Shown here: one piece after another, positions 39,026-48,877 of the stretch
Layout: the number at the start of each line of letters is the position of its first letter
Numbering within the stretch: the first letter of the stretch is position 1
Source of the DNA: Deltaproteobacteria bacterium
GTDB lineage: Bacteria > Desulfobacterota > Syntrophia > Syntrophales > Smithellaceae
Direction of reading: 5' to 3'
DNA length: 59,799 nt
Assembly (NCBI GenBank): GCA_025361065.1
Contig: JANYAY010000032.1
Span: forward strand, 1-59,799
The notes under the pieces: model-generated
What the model saw: only the letters and a program-made list of their open reading frames with translations
What the model was told of the DNA's origin: nothing
Databases searched by the model: none
Made by a program: the position numbers and the translations under genes

Positions 39026-40348
39026 TTATTTAAACCGTGGTGACCACATCGGCATGGTCAAGCTGCCGCCATTTTCCTGAAGAATTCTTCCATTCAGACC
39101 ATTAGCATTCATAATACAAATTTTGCTTTTTGAATTTATTTTCGAACTATAGGCAATCTGCCGGCCGGAAGGAGACCAGGAGGGAGATTCGTTATCAGCA
39201 GCATTAAAAGTAAGTTGCAACAGATTGTTGCCCTCTTCATCAATAGTAAAAATTTGATACTTATGGTTAATAAGCCCTTCATAGGCAATCCTTCCGCCCC
39301 GCGGTGACCAGGAAGGGCTTGTATTATAGTTCCCTTCGTAAGTAATTCTTTTTACATTGTTTCCATCAGTGTCCATGGAATAAATTTGCGGTGATCCGCC
39401 GCGGTTGGAAACAAAAGCAATTTTTTTGCCGTCCGGCGACCAGGCCGGAGAAACATCAATTGAATAGCTATTTGTCAGGCGCTTCAACTTCAGATTCGAT
39501 ATCTCGAGGATATATAATTCTTCGTTGCCGTCCTTGCTTAATGTCAATAATAATTTCTGCCCATCGGGTGACCAGTAGCCACATAAATTAAGTCCTTCAA
39601 AGGAAGCCACTTTTCTTTCCGAACCATTTTTCAAGTCCCGAATATAAACTTCCGGATTGCCATCTTTAAATGATGTAAAAGCCAGAAACCGGCCATCGGG
39701 CGACCAGCGCGGAGAAACAATGATAGAGCGGTGATTAGTGAGAGCTTTCCGGTCGGAGCCATCATAATTCACCATGTAAATATCGGCCTTATTTACTTTT
39801 TTGGCCACAAACGCAATTTGGGTATTAAAATCACCTTCATCGCCGGTAAGCGTAAACAATATGTCGGAAGCAATATTTTTTGCCAGAGCTTTTAAATCGT
39901 TGCCCGCAGAAATGTATTTTTTATTGAACAGAAGATCTCCCTTGATGACATCGAATAGACGGCATTCACTAATTGTTTCTTTTTCGCTCTGCTTAATATT
40001 TCCTTTTACCAGGTAATCGGCGCCGATCATCGCCCAGTCGGCGAAAATGATAGCATCAGAAGGGGAACGAGCACTTTTATCATCCAAAAAACTTTTTTTA
40101 TTCAGAGGGTTGAAAAATCCCGCCATTGTTAAATATCTTTTTACTTCGTCAGCAAGCTCAATACCTGAATCTTTGGATTTAGCAGCGGCATGGACATAAG
40201 TAACATCAAAGTCACAAACAGCTATGGGAAAAAGCTGGAAGTTCGGCGAATCAACATCAATATATACTTTAGCTGCAACCTCACTGCCAACAGCCAAAAA
40301 CATAAAGATCACTACAGCAATCAACATAGATATAAAATATTTTCTCAT
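39026..40348 (-). CDS. tolB: Tol-Pal beta-propeller protein TolB
   Basis: TolB N-domain plus repeated SP.WSPDG blades. Confidence 0.95.
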   Translation of the reverse strand: MRKYFISMLIAVVIFMFLAVGSEVAAKVYIDVDSPNFQLFPIAVCDFDVTYVHAAAKSKDSGIELADEVKRYLTMAGFFNPLNKKSFLDDKSARSPSDAIIFADWAMIGADYLVKGNIKQSEKETISECRLFDVIKGDLLFNKKYISAGNDLKALAKNIASDILFTLTGDEGDFNTQIAFVAKKVNKADIYMVNYDGSDRKALTNHRSIIVSPRWSPDGRFLAFTSFKDGNPEVYIRDLKNGSERKVASFEGLNLCGYWSPDGQKLLLTLSKDGNEELYILEISNLKLKRLTNSYSIDVSPAWSPDGKKIAFVSNRGGSPQIYSMDTDGNNVKRITYEGNYNTSPSWSPRGGRIAYEGLINHKYQIFTIDEEGNNLLQLTFNAADNESPSWSPSGRQIAYSSKINSKSKICIMNANGLNGRILQENGGSLTMPMWSPRFK

Positions 40349-40370
40349 GAGATAATATTTGCCTTTCCGG

Positions 40371-40472
40371 AATCCCGCTTAAGCGGGACGAGTGTTAATT
40401 CTCCGCAGCTTACTGCGATATGATGACGTTCATTTCATGCCTCGACAGCGAGCTCGCAAGGTATTTGATTAA
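40371..40472 (-). repeat. Family A palindromic repeat, full length
   Basis: Reverse complement aligns end to end with 50909-51013; abuts the tolA stop codon. Confidence 0.88.
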
Positions 40473-41204
40473 TCAGCGCAATTGTGAAGGATGAAAACGG
40501 ATGCCTATTTCCATGATGTTATAAGGGTACACTCCAGGCAATGGCGGAAACGGCGCCGATTTTTTGACTGCTTTCATGGTAGACTCATCATAAAAGCTGT
40601 TACCGGACCGTTTTTCAAAGCCGGCATATGCCAACGATCCGTCGCGCATAATTTTTATTTCGATAATAGTTTCGATGTTACCGCGGGGTTTTAACTCCGG
40701 CGGTATTGACCAATTATTATGTACTTTTGATGATACAATATTAGTGTAATCATTTGTCTTTGCATTTATCTCTCCCGATGTCATCTTGGGGGAAAGATTT
40801 CCCAAATTGGTCCGTGCGGAGGCTGATGGCGCAGGTGTATTGAGTTGTTTCTCTTTAATTGCGCTGACTGCTTTTTCAATATTCAGTTTATTCGTTTCTT
40901 CTTTTTTTACCGGAGTACCGGTAAAACGGCCAATCTCCTTTTTGTAAATAACGGAGTTGGCCGCTTCGTTGGATTTTGCTATCTCTTTGAGCAGTAAAGA
41001 TTCCTGATTTTTGGAGAAAACCGCATCCGAAGTGACAAGCTGAACGGAATAAACCGGTCCGAAGGTCAAATGTCTTGATTCAGACGGCAGGGAAACAAGG
41101 ACAATCGTGATTACTAGGAAATGGACAATCAGGGAGAGAAGAATCATATTGTAAAAATTTGTATTTTTGACACTGTACCCATTGTTAAACATCGGGGACG
41201 TCAT
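40473..41204 (-). CDS. tolA: TolA/TonB-family energy transducer (short)
   Basis: TM with S...H (SLIVH), TonB/TolA C-domain (NWSIP..SGNSFYDES..PFPPLP); lies between tolR and tolB. Confidence 0.8.
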   Translation of the reverse strand: MTSPMFNNGYSVKNTNFYNMILLSLIVHFLVITIVLVSLPSESRHLTFGPVYSVQLVTSDAVFSKNQESLLLKEIAKSNEAANSVIYKKEIGRFTGTPVKKEETNKLNIEKAVSAIKEKQLNTPAPSASARTNLGNLSPKMTSGEINAKTNDYTNIVSSKVHNNWSIPPELKPRGNIETIIEIKIMRDGSLAYAGFEKRSGNSFYDESTMKAVKKSAPFPPLPGVYPYNIMEIGIRFHPSQLR

Positions 41205-41623
41205 TTCTTATCCTCAGGAGGCTCCGTAATCATTCCAAGTTTGTCGACACCGGCTTTTCGTACCTCCGACATAACTTCCACAACAAACCCATAAGGTACG
41301 TTTTTATCAGCGCGCAGGAAAATTTCCCGGTCGATCCTGCTTGTGAATATGGCATCAAGCTTGGAATTGAGTTCACTCAGTGGTATCCTTATCTTATTTA
41401 AATAAATTTCTTTACTTTCATTCACTGTTAAGACAAGCTTTTCTTCAGTGACATCGACACTTTTTGATTTTACGCGAGGAAGGTTTACATCTATGCCCAT
41501 GGAAAGCATCGGCGCCGTTACCATGAAGATGATCAAAAGTACGAGCATAACGTCAACTAACGGAGTAACATTAATTTCCGAAATGGCCCTGTCCTGATTG
41601 TTTCGTCTGCGTAAAGAGCGCAT
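41201..41623 (-). CDS. tolR: TolR
   Basis: SEINVTPLVDVMLVLLIIFMVTAP; LRADKNVPYG. Confidence 0.95.
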   Translation of the reverse strand: MRSLRRRNNQDRAISEINVTPLVDVMLVLLIIFMVTAPMLSMGIDVNLPRVKSKSVDVTEEKLVLTVNESKEIYLNKIRIPLSELNSKLDAIFTSRIDREIFLRADKNVPYGFVVEVMSEVRKAGVDKLGMITEPPEDKK

Positions 41624-41653
41624 CTTTATGACTCCCGGAAAATCATCTGACGG

Positions 41654-42376
41654 TTATTTTCGTACTAAATACCGTTCAACAATGTTTAAAAATTCAGCGG
41701 AAAAATTGTCCATTTCCTGCACCATTGTTTTGGCACGATTAAGAAAATAATTATAGAAAATAACAGCCGGTATGGCAGCGGCCAGCCCCGCGGCAGTTGC
41801 AATCAGGGCCTCAGAAATACCGGGCGCGACAACAGCAAGAGTTGCCGATCCGCGGGCGCCGATACCTTTGAAGGTGTCCATAATTCCCCAGACCGTACCA
41901 AACAAGCCGATGAATGGACTGGCTGAACCAGTCGTCGCTAAAAATCCCAAGGCACTTTCCAGTTTGGTCATTTCGGAATTACAGGCTTTATTTAAAGATC
42001 TCTCTACATTATCCAAAGAGGAAAGGCCGATTTCATTGCTGCCGGAAATCGATTCTTTTAAAGGCTTATTTGTTTTTGTTAATTCCGAATAACCGACACG
42101 AAAAACTTCGGCTGTTGTCGAGTAATTGTATTTTTTAGCTGCCGGCAGAACGTCGGAAAGTTTGGTGCTTTTAAGATAATCAGCGTGGAACAACTCATTC
42201 TCATTTTTGATATTCCGGTAATATTTGTATTTCAGGAAAATGATTGCCCAGGAAACCACCGAGAAAACAAGGAGTATAAGCAAAACAAATTTAACCATGA
42301 AACCCGCATCGAGAATCATGCCGATGAGGCTGCCATGAAAATTGCCGCCCATATCCAAAGAGCCAATATCTTTCAC
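41654..42376 (-). CDS. tolQ: TolQ
   Basis: SPFIGLFGTVWGIM, VAPGISEALIATAAGL. Confidence 0.95.
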   Translation of the reverse strand: MKDIGSLDMGGNFHGSLIGMILDAGFMVKFVLLILLVFSVVSWAIIFLKYKYYRNIKNENELFHADYLKSTKLSDVLPAAKKYNYSTTAEVFRVGYSELTKTNKPLKESISGSNEIGLSSLDNVERSLNKACNSEMTKLESALGFLATTGSASPFIGLFGTVWGIMDTFKGIGARGSATLAVVAPGISEALIATAAGLAAAIPAVIFYNYFLNRAKTMVQEMDNFSAEFLNIVERYLVRK

Positions 42377-42414
42377 TTTTTTATCTCCAAAATGGAATTA
42401 AAAACCAGGAGCGT

Positions 42415-42443
42415 AACCTAAAGTAAAAACAGGATGTTGTCAA
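42415..42443 (-). promoter_or_regulatory. Sigma70 promoter of the tol-pal operon
   Basis: TTGACA-N17-TAGGTT upstream of tolQ. Confidence 0.65.
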
Positions 42444-42674
42444 TACATCTTTTTCCCCCGGGGCATCAGGAAAGAGTGGCGGCACAACGCAGCAAAATAG
42501 GTGCCGTTTATTCCATTTCCATAATTGAATGACAACTAAAAATAAGATATAATTATGAAAAATTAATATTTAATGAACTTGCCTGCGTACTTACTCCATC
42601 CGGCGCTTTGAGTTACAAATCGCTAGTCTCGCATTTCCCGGCAAGTTGGAAAACTGACCCGGAAAGGGGAACTG

Positions 42675-43109
42675 ATGAAACTTAAAGTACATATAATCAA
42701 CCATATGGTGAAAGGTGACGACCTCAACCACCACGGAACGTTGTTTGCGGGAAAGACAGCGATGTGGTTCGTAGAGGCCGGTTTCATCGCCGCCGCCAGC
42801 CTCACAAATCCGGAAAGCATCGTCTGTCTGAATATCCATGGGATGCTCTTCGTAAAACCTATCCACAACGGCTCGATCATACGCTTCGAAAGTAAGATCG
42901 TCCTCGCGGGAAATACCCGCCTGGTATCCTATGTGAAGGTTTTGGACAACAGCAACGAAGATTTCCTTCTGGACGGCTTCATCACCTTCATCCATGTTGA
43001 CAAGGATGCCCGGCGTATTCCCCACCACATTGTCATTAATCCAACGGATCCCGAAGACATGGCTCTCCAAATAAAAGCAAAAAATCTCCAGATTGCCGGG
43101 AAGGACTAA
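42675..43109 (+). CDS. Hotdog-fold acyl-CoA thioesterase
   Basis: DLNHHGTLFAG, GFITFIHVD. Confidence 0.85.
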   Translation: MKLKVHIINHMVKGDDLNHHGTLFAGKTAMWFVEAGFIAAASLTNPESIVCLNIHGMLFVKPIHNGSIIRFESKIVLAGNTRLVSYVKVLDNSNEDFLLDGFITFIHVDKDARRIPHHIVINPTDPEDMALQIKAKNLQIAGKD

Positions 43110-43398
43110 TAACAAAAAACCGAACTTGATTTGATAATTCTGCTTAAACTATCAGTTCATTTGCCGATATATTGGTTGCTGAAGCTGCAGAATCGTTTAT
43201 ACTTGTGTTGATACCCTCGCCGGGGAAAAAGAAACCGCCGAACGGCTGATAATTTTACTGTTTTTGTATTCCTGCGGAAAACGATTCTATGCCAAACACG
43301 GATCATTTATTAATGGTCTTTAATTCTCGAGAGGTAGTATGAAAAGATTTCTGATTTACTGACAATAGCGGGAGAAAGGTATCTCCTCTTTTTCCCTC

Positions 43399-43427
43399 AA
43401 AAGGGCGGAGGAACTCCGCCCTTTTTT
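43399..43427. terminator. Bidirectional intrinsic terminator
   Basis: AAAAGGGCGGAG-GAA-CTCCGCCCTTTTTT, downstream of cooS. Confidence 0.9.
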
Positions 43428-43476
43428 ATTCCTATTCACTTTTTTGCCGACAAATGAGCGAATTATGGATTTATAA

Positions 43477-45351
43477 TTAAACTCCCAGCCCCAAATCCTT
43501 TCTCTTCAAGGCGATGTGAGAAGTAATGAGAGTGCAAGCCGCAACAGGGTCCGGTTCGACGGCAAAGCATGCCCCAAAGACATTATTTAAACCCGAGGTG
43601 GCAAGTTCCACAACCTTCGTGCTGCCTCCAATCGGAGGCATAACGCCTAAAACTGTATATATACCGCTGGCCATGGCATAGAAGGCGATTGTCACCGCTT
43701 TTTCCGAATACCATTCCGGCGCCGCCGCCGCGAGCGGAAGCTTGTCGATGTCCACTCCCAGCGCATTGGCCAGGGCACAGGCAATAACTAGTATCCGGGA
43801 ATTATCCACGCAAGAACCTACATGCAGTACCGGAGGAATTCCCAGAGCTCCGCAAATTTCTTTCAGTCCGGGACCGGCAAGCTCTTTGGCCTCGGGAACC
43901 TGCAAACCGGCTTTACCCGCTGCAACATTGACGCAGCCGGTTGTCAATACCAGAATATCGTTGGCGATCAATCCCTTGATAAGTTCAACATGTCCATAAT
44001 CATGTTTGATTTTGGGGTTATTGCAGCCGACAACTCCTGCGGCACCCTTAATCTTTCCGGCTTTAATTGCCTCGATCAGTGGGGTAAGGGTTCCGCCTAA
44101 GGCCGCGACAATGGCTTCAACAGAAAAGCCCGTCATACTCCGGACCGGGGTACAGGGAATGGAAACTCTTTTTTTATCGCGCCGCGAAAAGTTTTCCACC
44201 GCTTCCCGAACTATCTTAAACGCCTGCTCTCGGGCGTTCTGCGGGGTAAACTCTACATGCTCCATAAACTTGAATTTTGCCTTATCGGACGTTGTGTACA
44301 TCTTTGTATGGTAACATTGGGCAATTTGTCCCAGAGAAGGCATGATACATTGATAGTCAACGATGATGGCTTCCACTGCCCCGGTCACGATAGTCAACTC
44401 CGTCATCAGGTGATTGCCGGCCATAGGAATTTTTTTCCGCATCATTAACTCATTCCCTGTGCAGCACAATCCCGCCAGATTGATGCCCGTAGCCCCTTTC
44501 GATTTTGCCAGAGCCAGCATATCGCCGTCTTCGACGGCAATGCATATCATTTCAGAAACAATGGGACTGTGTCCATGCACCAATATATTGACCTGATCCT
44601 CCTTAAGCACACCCAGGTTGACTTCAGAAAAACCCGGCTGGGGAGTGCCAAAGATTATATCCGATAACTCCGTGCCAATCATCGAACCGCCGTATCCGTC
44701 GGCGAGGCTACTCCGTACCGCCTGCAGCAATATGGAAACATAATCATTATCAACTCCCATATGCGTGCGGTGTAGCATTTCCGAGATTTCCCAATCGATT
44801 CCTCGGGGAATGACATTGACTTTTTTCCATACATCTATCCGCTGCTTCGGCACTCTGGAGATAAATGACAATATCCCCTTTTTCATGCCATAATCTTCCA
44901 TCATTGCTTCAGCAAGTTGTCTGGCAGTCTCTCCTTCACTTATTTTATCTGTGTTAATTCCGTATTCTTTCGCTATCAGCATTAATTTTGCGGCATCCGC
45001 AATTTTATAGTTGGAAGTCTTGTCCAAACCGATTTCACGAAGAACCAGCACAAGATCGCGTCCATGGTCGGAGTGCGATGCGGAGCCCGCCCCGACCATC
45101 CGGGCTAAATTCCTGGCGACTATTATATCGGCGTCTGCACCGCAAACCCCAAGCTGAGGCCCCTCGCCAAAAGGGTCGATGCGACATGGCCCCATGGCGC
45201 AGATGCGGCAAGAGACTCCTAATTCACAATATCCACATTGTGGTTCCTGTTTTTTCAGCCTGTCCCATGCCGTTTGGATACCTTCTTCCTGCGCTTTTTT
45301 CAGCATTATCTGGGCATCTTTGCATATTGTCAGATCTGAGAACTCGCTCAT
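43477..45351 (-). CDS. cooS: Ni,Fe carbon monoxide dehydrogenase catalytic subunit
   Basis: CGYCELGVSCRICAMGPC, HSDH, VHGHSP, GLCCTGNE, VDYQC, GCNN, TGC, GSCVDNSR, EWYSEKA. Confidence 0.97.
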   Translation of the reverse strand: MSEFSDLTICKDAQIMLKKAQEEGIQTAWDRLKKQEPQCGYCELGVSCRICAMGPCRIDPFGEGPQLGVCGADADIIVARNLARMVGAGSASHSDHGRDLVLVLREIGLDKTSNYKIADAAKLMLIAKEYGINTDKISEGETARQLAEAMMEDYGMKKGILSFISRVPKQRIDVWKKVNVIPRGIDWEISEMLHRTHMGVDNDYVSILLQAVRSSLADGYGGSMIGTELSDIIFGTPQPGFSEVNLGVLKEDQVNILVHGHSPIVSEMICIAVEDGDMLALAKSKGATGINLAGLCCTGNELMMRKKIPMAGNHLMTELTIVTGAVEAIIVDYQCIMPSLGQIAQCYHTKMYTTSDKAKFKFMEHVEFTPQNAREQAFKIVREAVENFSRRDKKRVSIPCTPVRSMTGFSVEAIVAALGGTLTPLIEAIKAGKIKGAAGVVGCNNPKIKHDYGHVELIKGLIANDILVLTTGCVNVAAGKAGLQVPEAKELAGPGLKEICGALGIPPVLHVGSCVDNSRILVIACALANALGVDIDKLPLAAAAPEWYSEKAVTIAFYAMASGIYTVLGVMPPIGGSTKVVELATSGLNNVFGACFAVEPDPVAACTLITSHIALKRKDLGLGV

Positions 45352-45950
45352 GATTGCCTCCTCCTTATTTCATTTAGCTTTTGTTTATATGCCACCAAAG
45401 ACGCAAAATTTCCGGGTTCAGGCACCCGTTCTCTGATTCCCATATAAATAAGGGAAGCGAGCTTTTCGGTATCTTTATCCATTATTTTATTGACTTCATC
45501 AAATAATAGGGCCCCTACTTTACAGGCTGCAACGCAGGCCGGAATCTTGCCTTCCGCCTGACGATCTATGCACTGGTCGCATTTATGGGCGGACTCCCGG
45601 TTTCGTACATAGGGATAATACCTGACCACGGCAAACGGACAGGCCATGGCGCACATCCCGCAATTGATGCACCGGTCCCGGTTAATGAGAACAATGCCAC
45701 TTTTAGCATCTCTATAAATAGCTTTAGTTATACAGGCCATCTCACAAGGGGCAGGCTCACAATGCCGGCATTTGTTAGGGAAATTTTCTTTACCACTCGA
45801 TAGGTAGACACGAATGCGCGGTTTGGAAAGAATGGCTTCAGATATAGCCCCCATACGGGTTTTACTTGAGGAATGGGTAACTGCGCATTCAAAACTGCAT
45901 TGATGGCACCCTACACATCGTTCGGGCTTAACAATTACGGTTTTCACCAA
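45348..45950 (-). CDS. cooF: 4x[4Fe-4S] electron transfer protein CooF
   Basis: CVGCHQCSFEC, CRHCEPAPCEMAC, CINCGMCAMACP, KCDQC...PACVAAC. Confidence 0.9.
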   Translation of the reverse strand: MVKTVIVKPERCVGCHQCSFECAVTHSSSKTRMGAISEAILSKPRIRVYLSSGKENFPNKCRHCEPAPCEMACITKAIYRDAKSGIVLINRDRCINCGMCAMACPFAVVRYYPYVRNRESAHKCDQCIDRQAEGKIPACVAACKVGALLFDEVNKIMDKDTEKLASLIYMGIRERVPEPGNFASLVAYKQKLNEIRRRQS

Positions 45951-45959
45951 TAACCTCCT

Positions 45960-47177
45960 TTACAAAGGTTTCAAAATATCACTTATGCTGACATCACCGT
46001 TTACAACTTTTTGGGGCCGAACTAATAAAGGCTGAGCCTTTTTAATTAAGTTGACAAAGAGTCCGGCTTCTTCAGGACAATTGTAAAAGGCCATACCCAC
46101 AGGAACATCGTCCCTGAAAGCTATCCTCCGGAACTGCTTCGTGGCGAACATTTGCTTTTCATAAACTTTCAATCCGGGTTCGCCTTTCAAAATCCCCGCC
46201 GATATAAGGTGAAACGCCTTTGTTTTCAAACTGTTCATCCCGATGCTTCCCGGATACCGGGATCGGTTGCCGGACATATTCAACGCGGCAAAATAGCCCT
46301 GCTCCACGGCAACGGGCCACAGGCCGATTAACGAAACTTTATTCCGCGCCAGATCGACCGTCTCACAGCAATCACCCGCGGCAAATATATCCGGGACAGA
46401 TGTTTCCATGTATTCATCTACAGAGATTCCTTCATTAACTTTAATTCCTGCTGCCCGCGCCAGATCCACCTGCGGTTTAACACCCTTACCGGCCACTACA
46501 AAATCACTTTCCAACACTCTGCCGGAACTCAGACAGACTTTCAGATCGTTTTGGTGCAGGTTGATTTCTGCGATGTCATCATTTGTTATGATTCCAATAC
46601 CCATTTGGGCAAGGTCTTTTTCAATATACGAGGCGGATGATTCATCTAAAACCATGGACAGAGGATACGAAGAAGTGATTACCATTTCCGTCTTGATTTT
46701 CCGTTCCAGCAAACCATACGCTGTTTTTATGCCGACAAAACCACCGCCCGACACGACCGCTTTTCCCTTCAGCTTCGCAGCGATTTTCTTAGCATCATCC
46801 ATGTAGCGCAAGGTAAAAGTTCTTTTCTCCTCATCACAGTATTTCGGTTTTACTGCATCAGCACCCACAGCAATAAGAAGTTTGTCATATTCGCACTCCA
46901 TGCCATTGGAAAGGCGGACTGACTTCCCTCTCGTATCCACCTTTTCGGCCTTTTGTCCCAGGATAAATCGTACACTTGCCGGGTAGCTAGACGGTGTGCT
47001 AATCGTCAATTCCTGTTCCGTCATCATATTCCCCAGGTAATAAGTGAGAAGGCAGCGGCTATAAGGAGAATATCTTTCAGCCGATATTACGGTAACGTGT
47101 GCCTGAGGAGAAATTTTGCAAAGAGTATCCAGACAAGAAAGGCCGGCGGCGCTGCAACCAATTATCACGATGTTCAT
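45960..47177 (-). CDS. FAD/NAD(P)-dependent oxidoreductase (FNOR)
   Basis: IGCSAAG, YSRCLL, GGGFVG, TSVPDIFAAGD. Confidence 0.9.
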   Translation of the reverse strand: MNIVIIGCSAAGLSCLDTLCKISPQAHVTVISAERYSPYSRCLLTYYLGNMMTEQELTISTPSSYPASVRFILGQKAEKVDTRGKSVRLSNGMECEYDKLLIAVGADAVKPKYCDEEKRTFTLRYMDDAKKIAAKLKGKAVVSGGGFVGIKTAYGLLERKIKTEMVITSSYPLSMVLDESSASYIEKDLAQMGIGIITNDDIAEINLHQNDLKVCLSSGRVLESDFVVAGKGVKPQVDLARAAGIKVNEGISVDEYMETSVPDIFAAGDCCETVDLARNKVSLIGLWPVAVEQGYFAALNMSGNRSRYPGSIGMNSLKTKAFHLISAGILKGEPGLKVYEKQMFATKQFRRIAFRDDVPVGMAFYNCPEEAGLFVNLIKKAQPLLVRPQKVVNGDVSISDILKPL

Positions 47178-47269
47178 TCTCTAATCTCCTCTCCGGATGC
47201 GAAGGGCTCCCCCTGAATGTCTCTCCGACGCTTTCTATCTTCCCGGTGGAAAGTGAAAAAGATAATATA

Positions 47270-47345
47270 TAATGAACTACCCCGCAGCAAGCTGCAGGGG
47301 ATATGAATTCTGAATCCCGAATAGCTGCGCTTTCGGGATCAATTC
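47270..47345 (+). repeat. Family A-related palindromic repeat (divergent)
   Basis: TAATGAACTACCCCGCAGCAAGCTGCAGGGG hairpin plus ATCCCGAA...TTCGGGAT hairpin. Confidence 0.55.
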
Positions 47346-47394
47346 CACAACGCTTCAAATTTCGCATCGCTCGCTTTCAGCCAATGTCATTGAT

Positions 47395-48201
47395 TTAATT
47401 CAGACCGGAATTCTCTGCCAAAACGCTGTTTACAATCCCGGCGACTTCTGACAGAACATTCTTACTTTTAACGCTTTCAAAAGGTTGCCTTCCATTAATA
47501 TCCGCCTCAATGAAATCCCGGTGATAGGGGATGAATCCCAGAAAAGAAAAATCGGGTAAACTTCTCTGCAGGTACCCTTTATCTGATTTATTGCGGACTT
47601 TGTTGCCCACAACAGTAATTTTTTTTAAACCAATTTCTAAAGCCAGCTTATTTATCTGCAGAGCGGTTTCCACACTTCTTTGTCCCGGTTCCACGACGAC
47701 AATCAGCTGGTCGACGGCGCCTGCCGTGCCACGCCCCAGGTGTTCGATCCCCGCCTCCATGTCCATGACTACAGCTTCATTTCTTTTCAGAACCAGATGC
47801 CCAATGAGAGATTTGAGCAGGATATTTTCCGGGCATACGCAACCGCCGCCGCCTTTTTTCACGCCCCCGAGAACCATGAGTTTTATATTACCTTTAGCAA
47901 TGGAGAGTTTTTCCGGCAAGTCACTGACAGTCGGGTTCATTTTGAAGAATGTCCCCATTGACCGCATTTTCACTCCTGTGCGTTCTTCGATCAGCTCTTT
48001 CATATCGGCAAGAGGAACTACCGAAGAGTAGTCAGGCATACCTAATGCGAGGGCCAGATTGGCGTCGGGATCGGCATCGATTGCCAGCACATTTATTCCC
48101 CGTCGGGAAATTTCATTAATAACAAAAGCGGCAAGCGTCGTTTTCCCTACACCACCTTTTCCGCTGATCGCCAGCTTTACTCCATTATTTCCTTTCAGCA
48201 C
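47395..48201 (-). CDS. cooC: CODH nickel-insertion ATPase CooC
   Basis: GKGGVGKTT, DADPDANL, GGGCVCPE, DMEAGIEHLGRG. Confidence 0.95.
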   Translation of the reverse strand: MLKGNNGVKLAISGKGGVGKTTLAAFVINEISRRGINVLAIDADPDANLALALGMPDYSSVVPLADMKELIEERTGVKMRSMGTFFKMNPTVSDLPEKLSIAKGNIKLMVLGGVKKGGGGCVCPENILLKSLIGHLVLKRNEAVVMDMEAGIEHLGRGTAGAVDQLIVVVEPGQRSVETALQINKLALEIGLKKITVVGNKVRNKSDKGYLQRSLPDFSFLGFIPYHRDFIEADINGRQPFESVKSKNVLSEVAGIVNSVLAENSGLN

Positions 48202-48551
48202 TTGCCGCCTTTCATTATATTAAAATATATTTGATTGTTATTCGACCGGATCTTCAGCTAAGGCTAAATTGTTATATATTTTTATTAGGGGAATACGGTG
48301 CTTATCGGTGGAGGTCAATGGTAAAAAAAAAGAGGCGTAATGGCAGGTTTATGCTACTTATCAAGTGATGAACACAAAATCCTTTTTTCCTGAAGTGGAA
48401 CAATCAGTTGGTTACAGGATAACGTTGGCCTTTGTAACTAATATGAAGTTTTTATACTTCAGCACGGAATGTCCGCAGGGGCGATTATAAGGCGACTCTA
48501 AATAACAAAAAGGCTGGACCAAGCTGCATATCTCTGCTGAAAGCACCCTTT

Positions 48552-48842
48552 TTAATGAACGTTTTGATCATCCGGCTCCAGCAGCTTAATGACTCCATAT
48601 TTTTGTTCGTACTGCTGCAAGCTGAGCTTAAGGGTTTCGATCGTTCGCTTGAGATTGGCCGGACTTAATATTACTCTAGCTACCAGATGGGGACCATTGG
48701 GTGAATTTAAAAGCCAGTCCAGCATAAATTCGTCCGGGCTGTTTGATGCCAGAATCATATTGCTGTATCTGCCTCTTGATATTTCATCGGCGGTATTGAT
48801 TTTTATTGGTTGCGGTTGCTGCGCATCTTGATTATCGGTCAT
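48552..48842 (-). CDS. DUF3467-like small protein
   Basis: GRYSN...SPDEFMLDW...ARVILSP..KR...YEQKYGVI; AGGAGG RBS. Confidence 0.75.
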   Translation of the reverse strand: MTDNQDAQQPQPIKINTADEISRGRYSNMILASNSPDEFMLDWLLNSPNGPHLVARVILSPANLKRTIETLKLSLQQYEQKYGVIKLLEPDDQNVH

Positions 48843-48877
48843 ATTATCCTCCTTAAAGAGAAGTGCTCATCATTGAT

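Noticed and set aside
43210..43383. 6S RNA call
   Set aside because: Size and end pairing fit, but no continuous rod with a central bubble could be built by eye and the usual zapA/ygfA context is absent
48202..48551. CooA or Rex binding site upstream of cooC
   Set aside because: No convincing TGTCA-N6-TGACA or TTGTGAA-N4-TTCACAA palindrome was found
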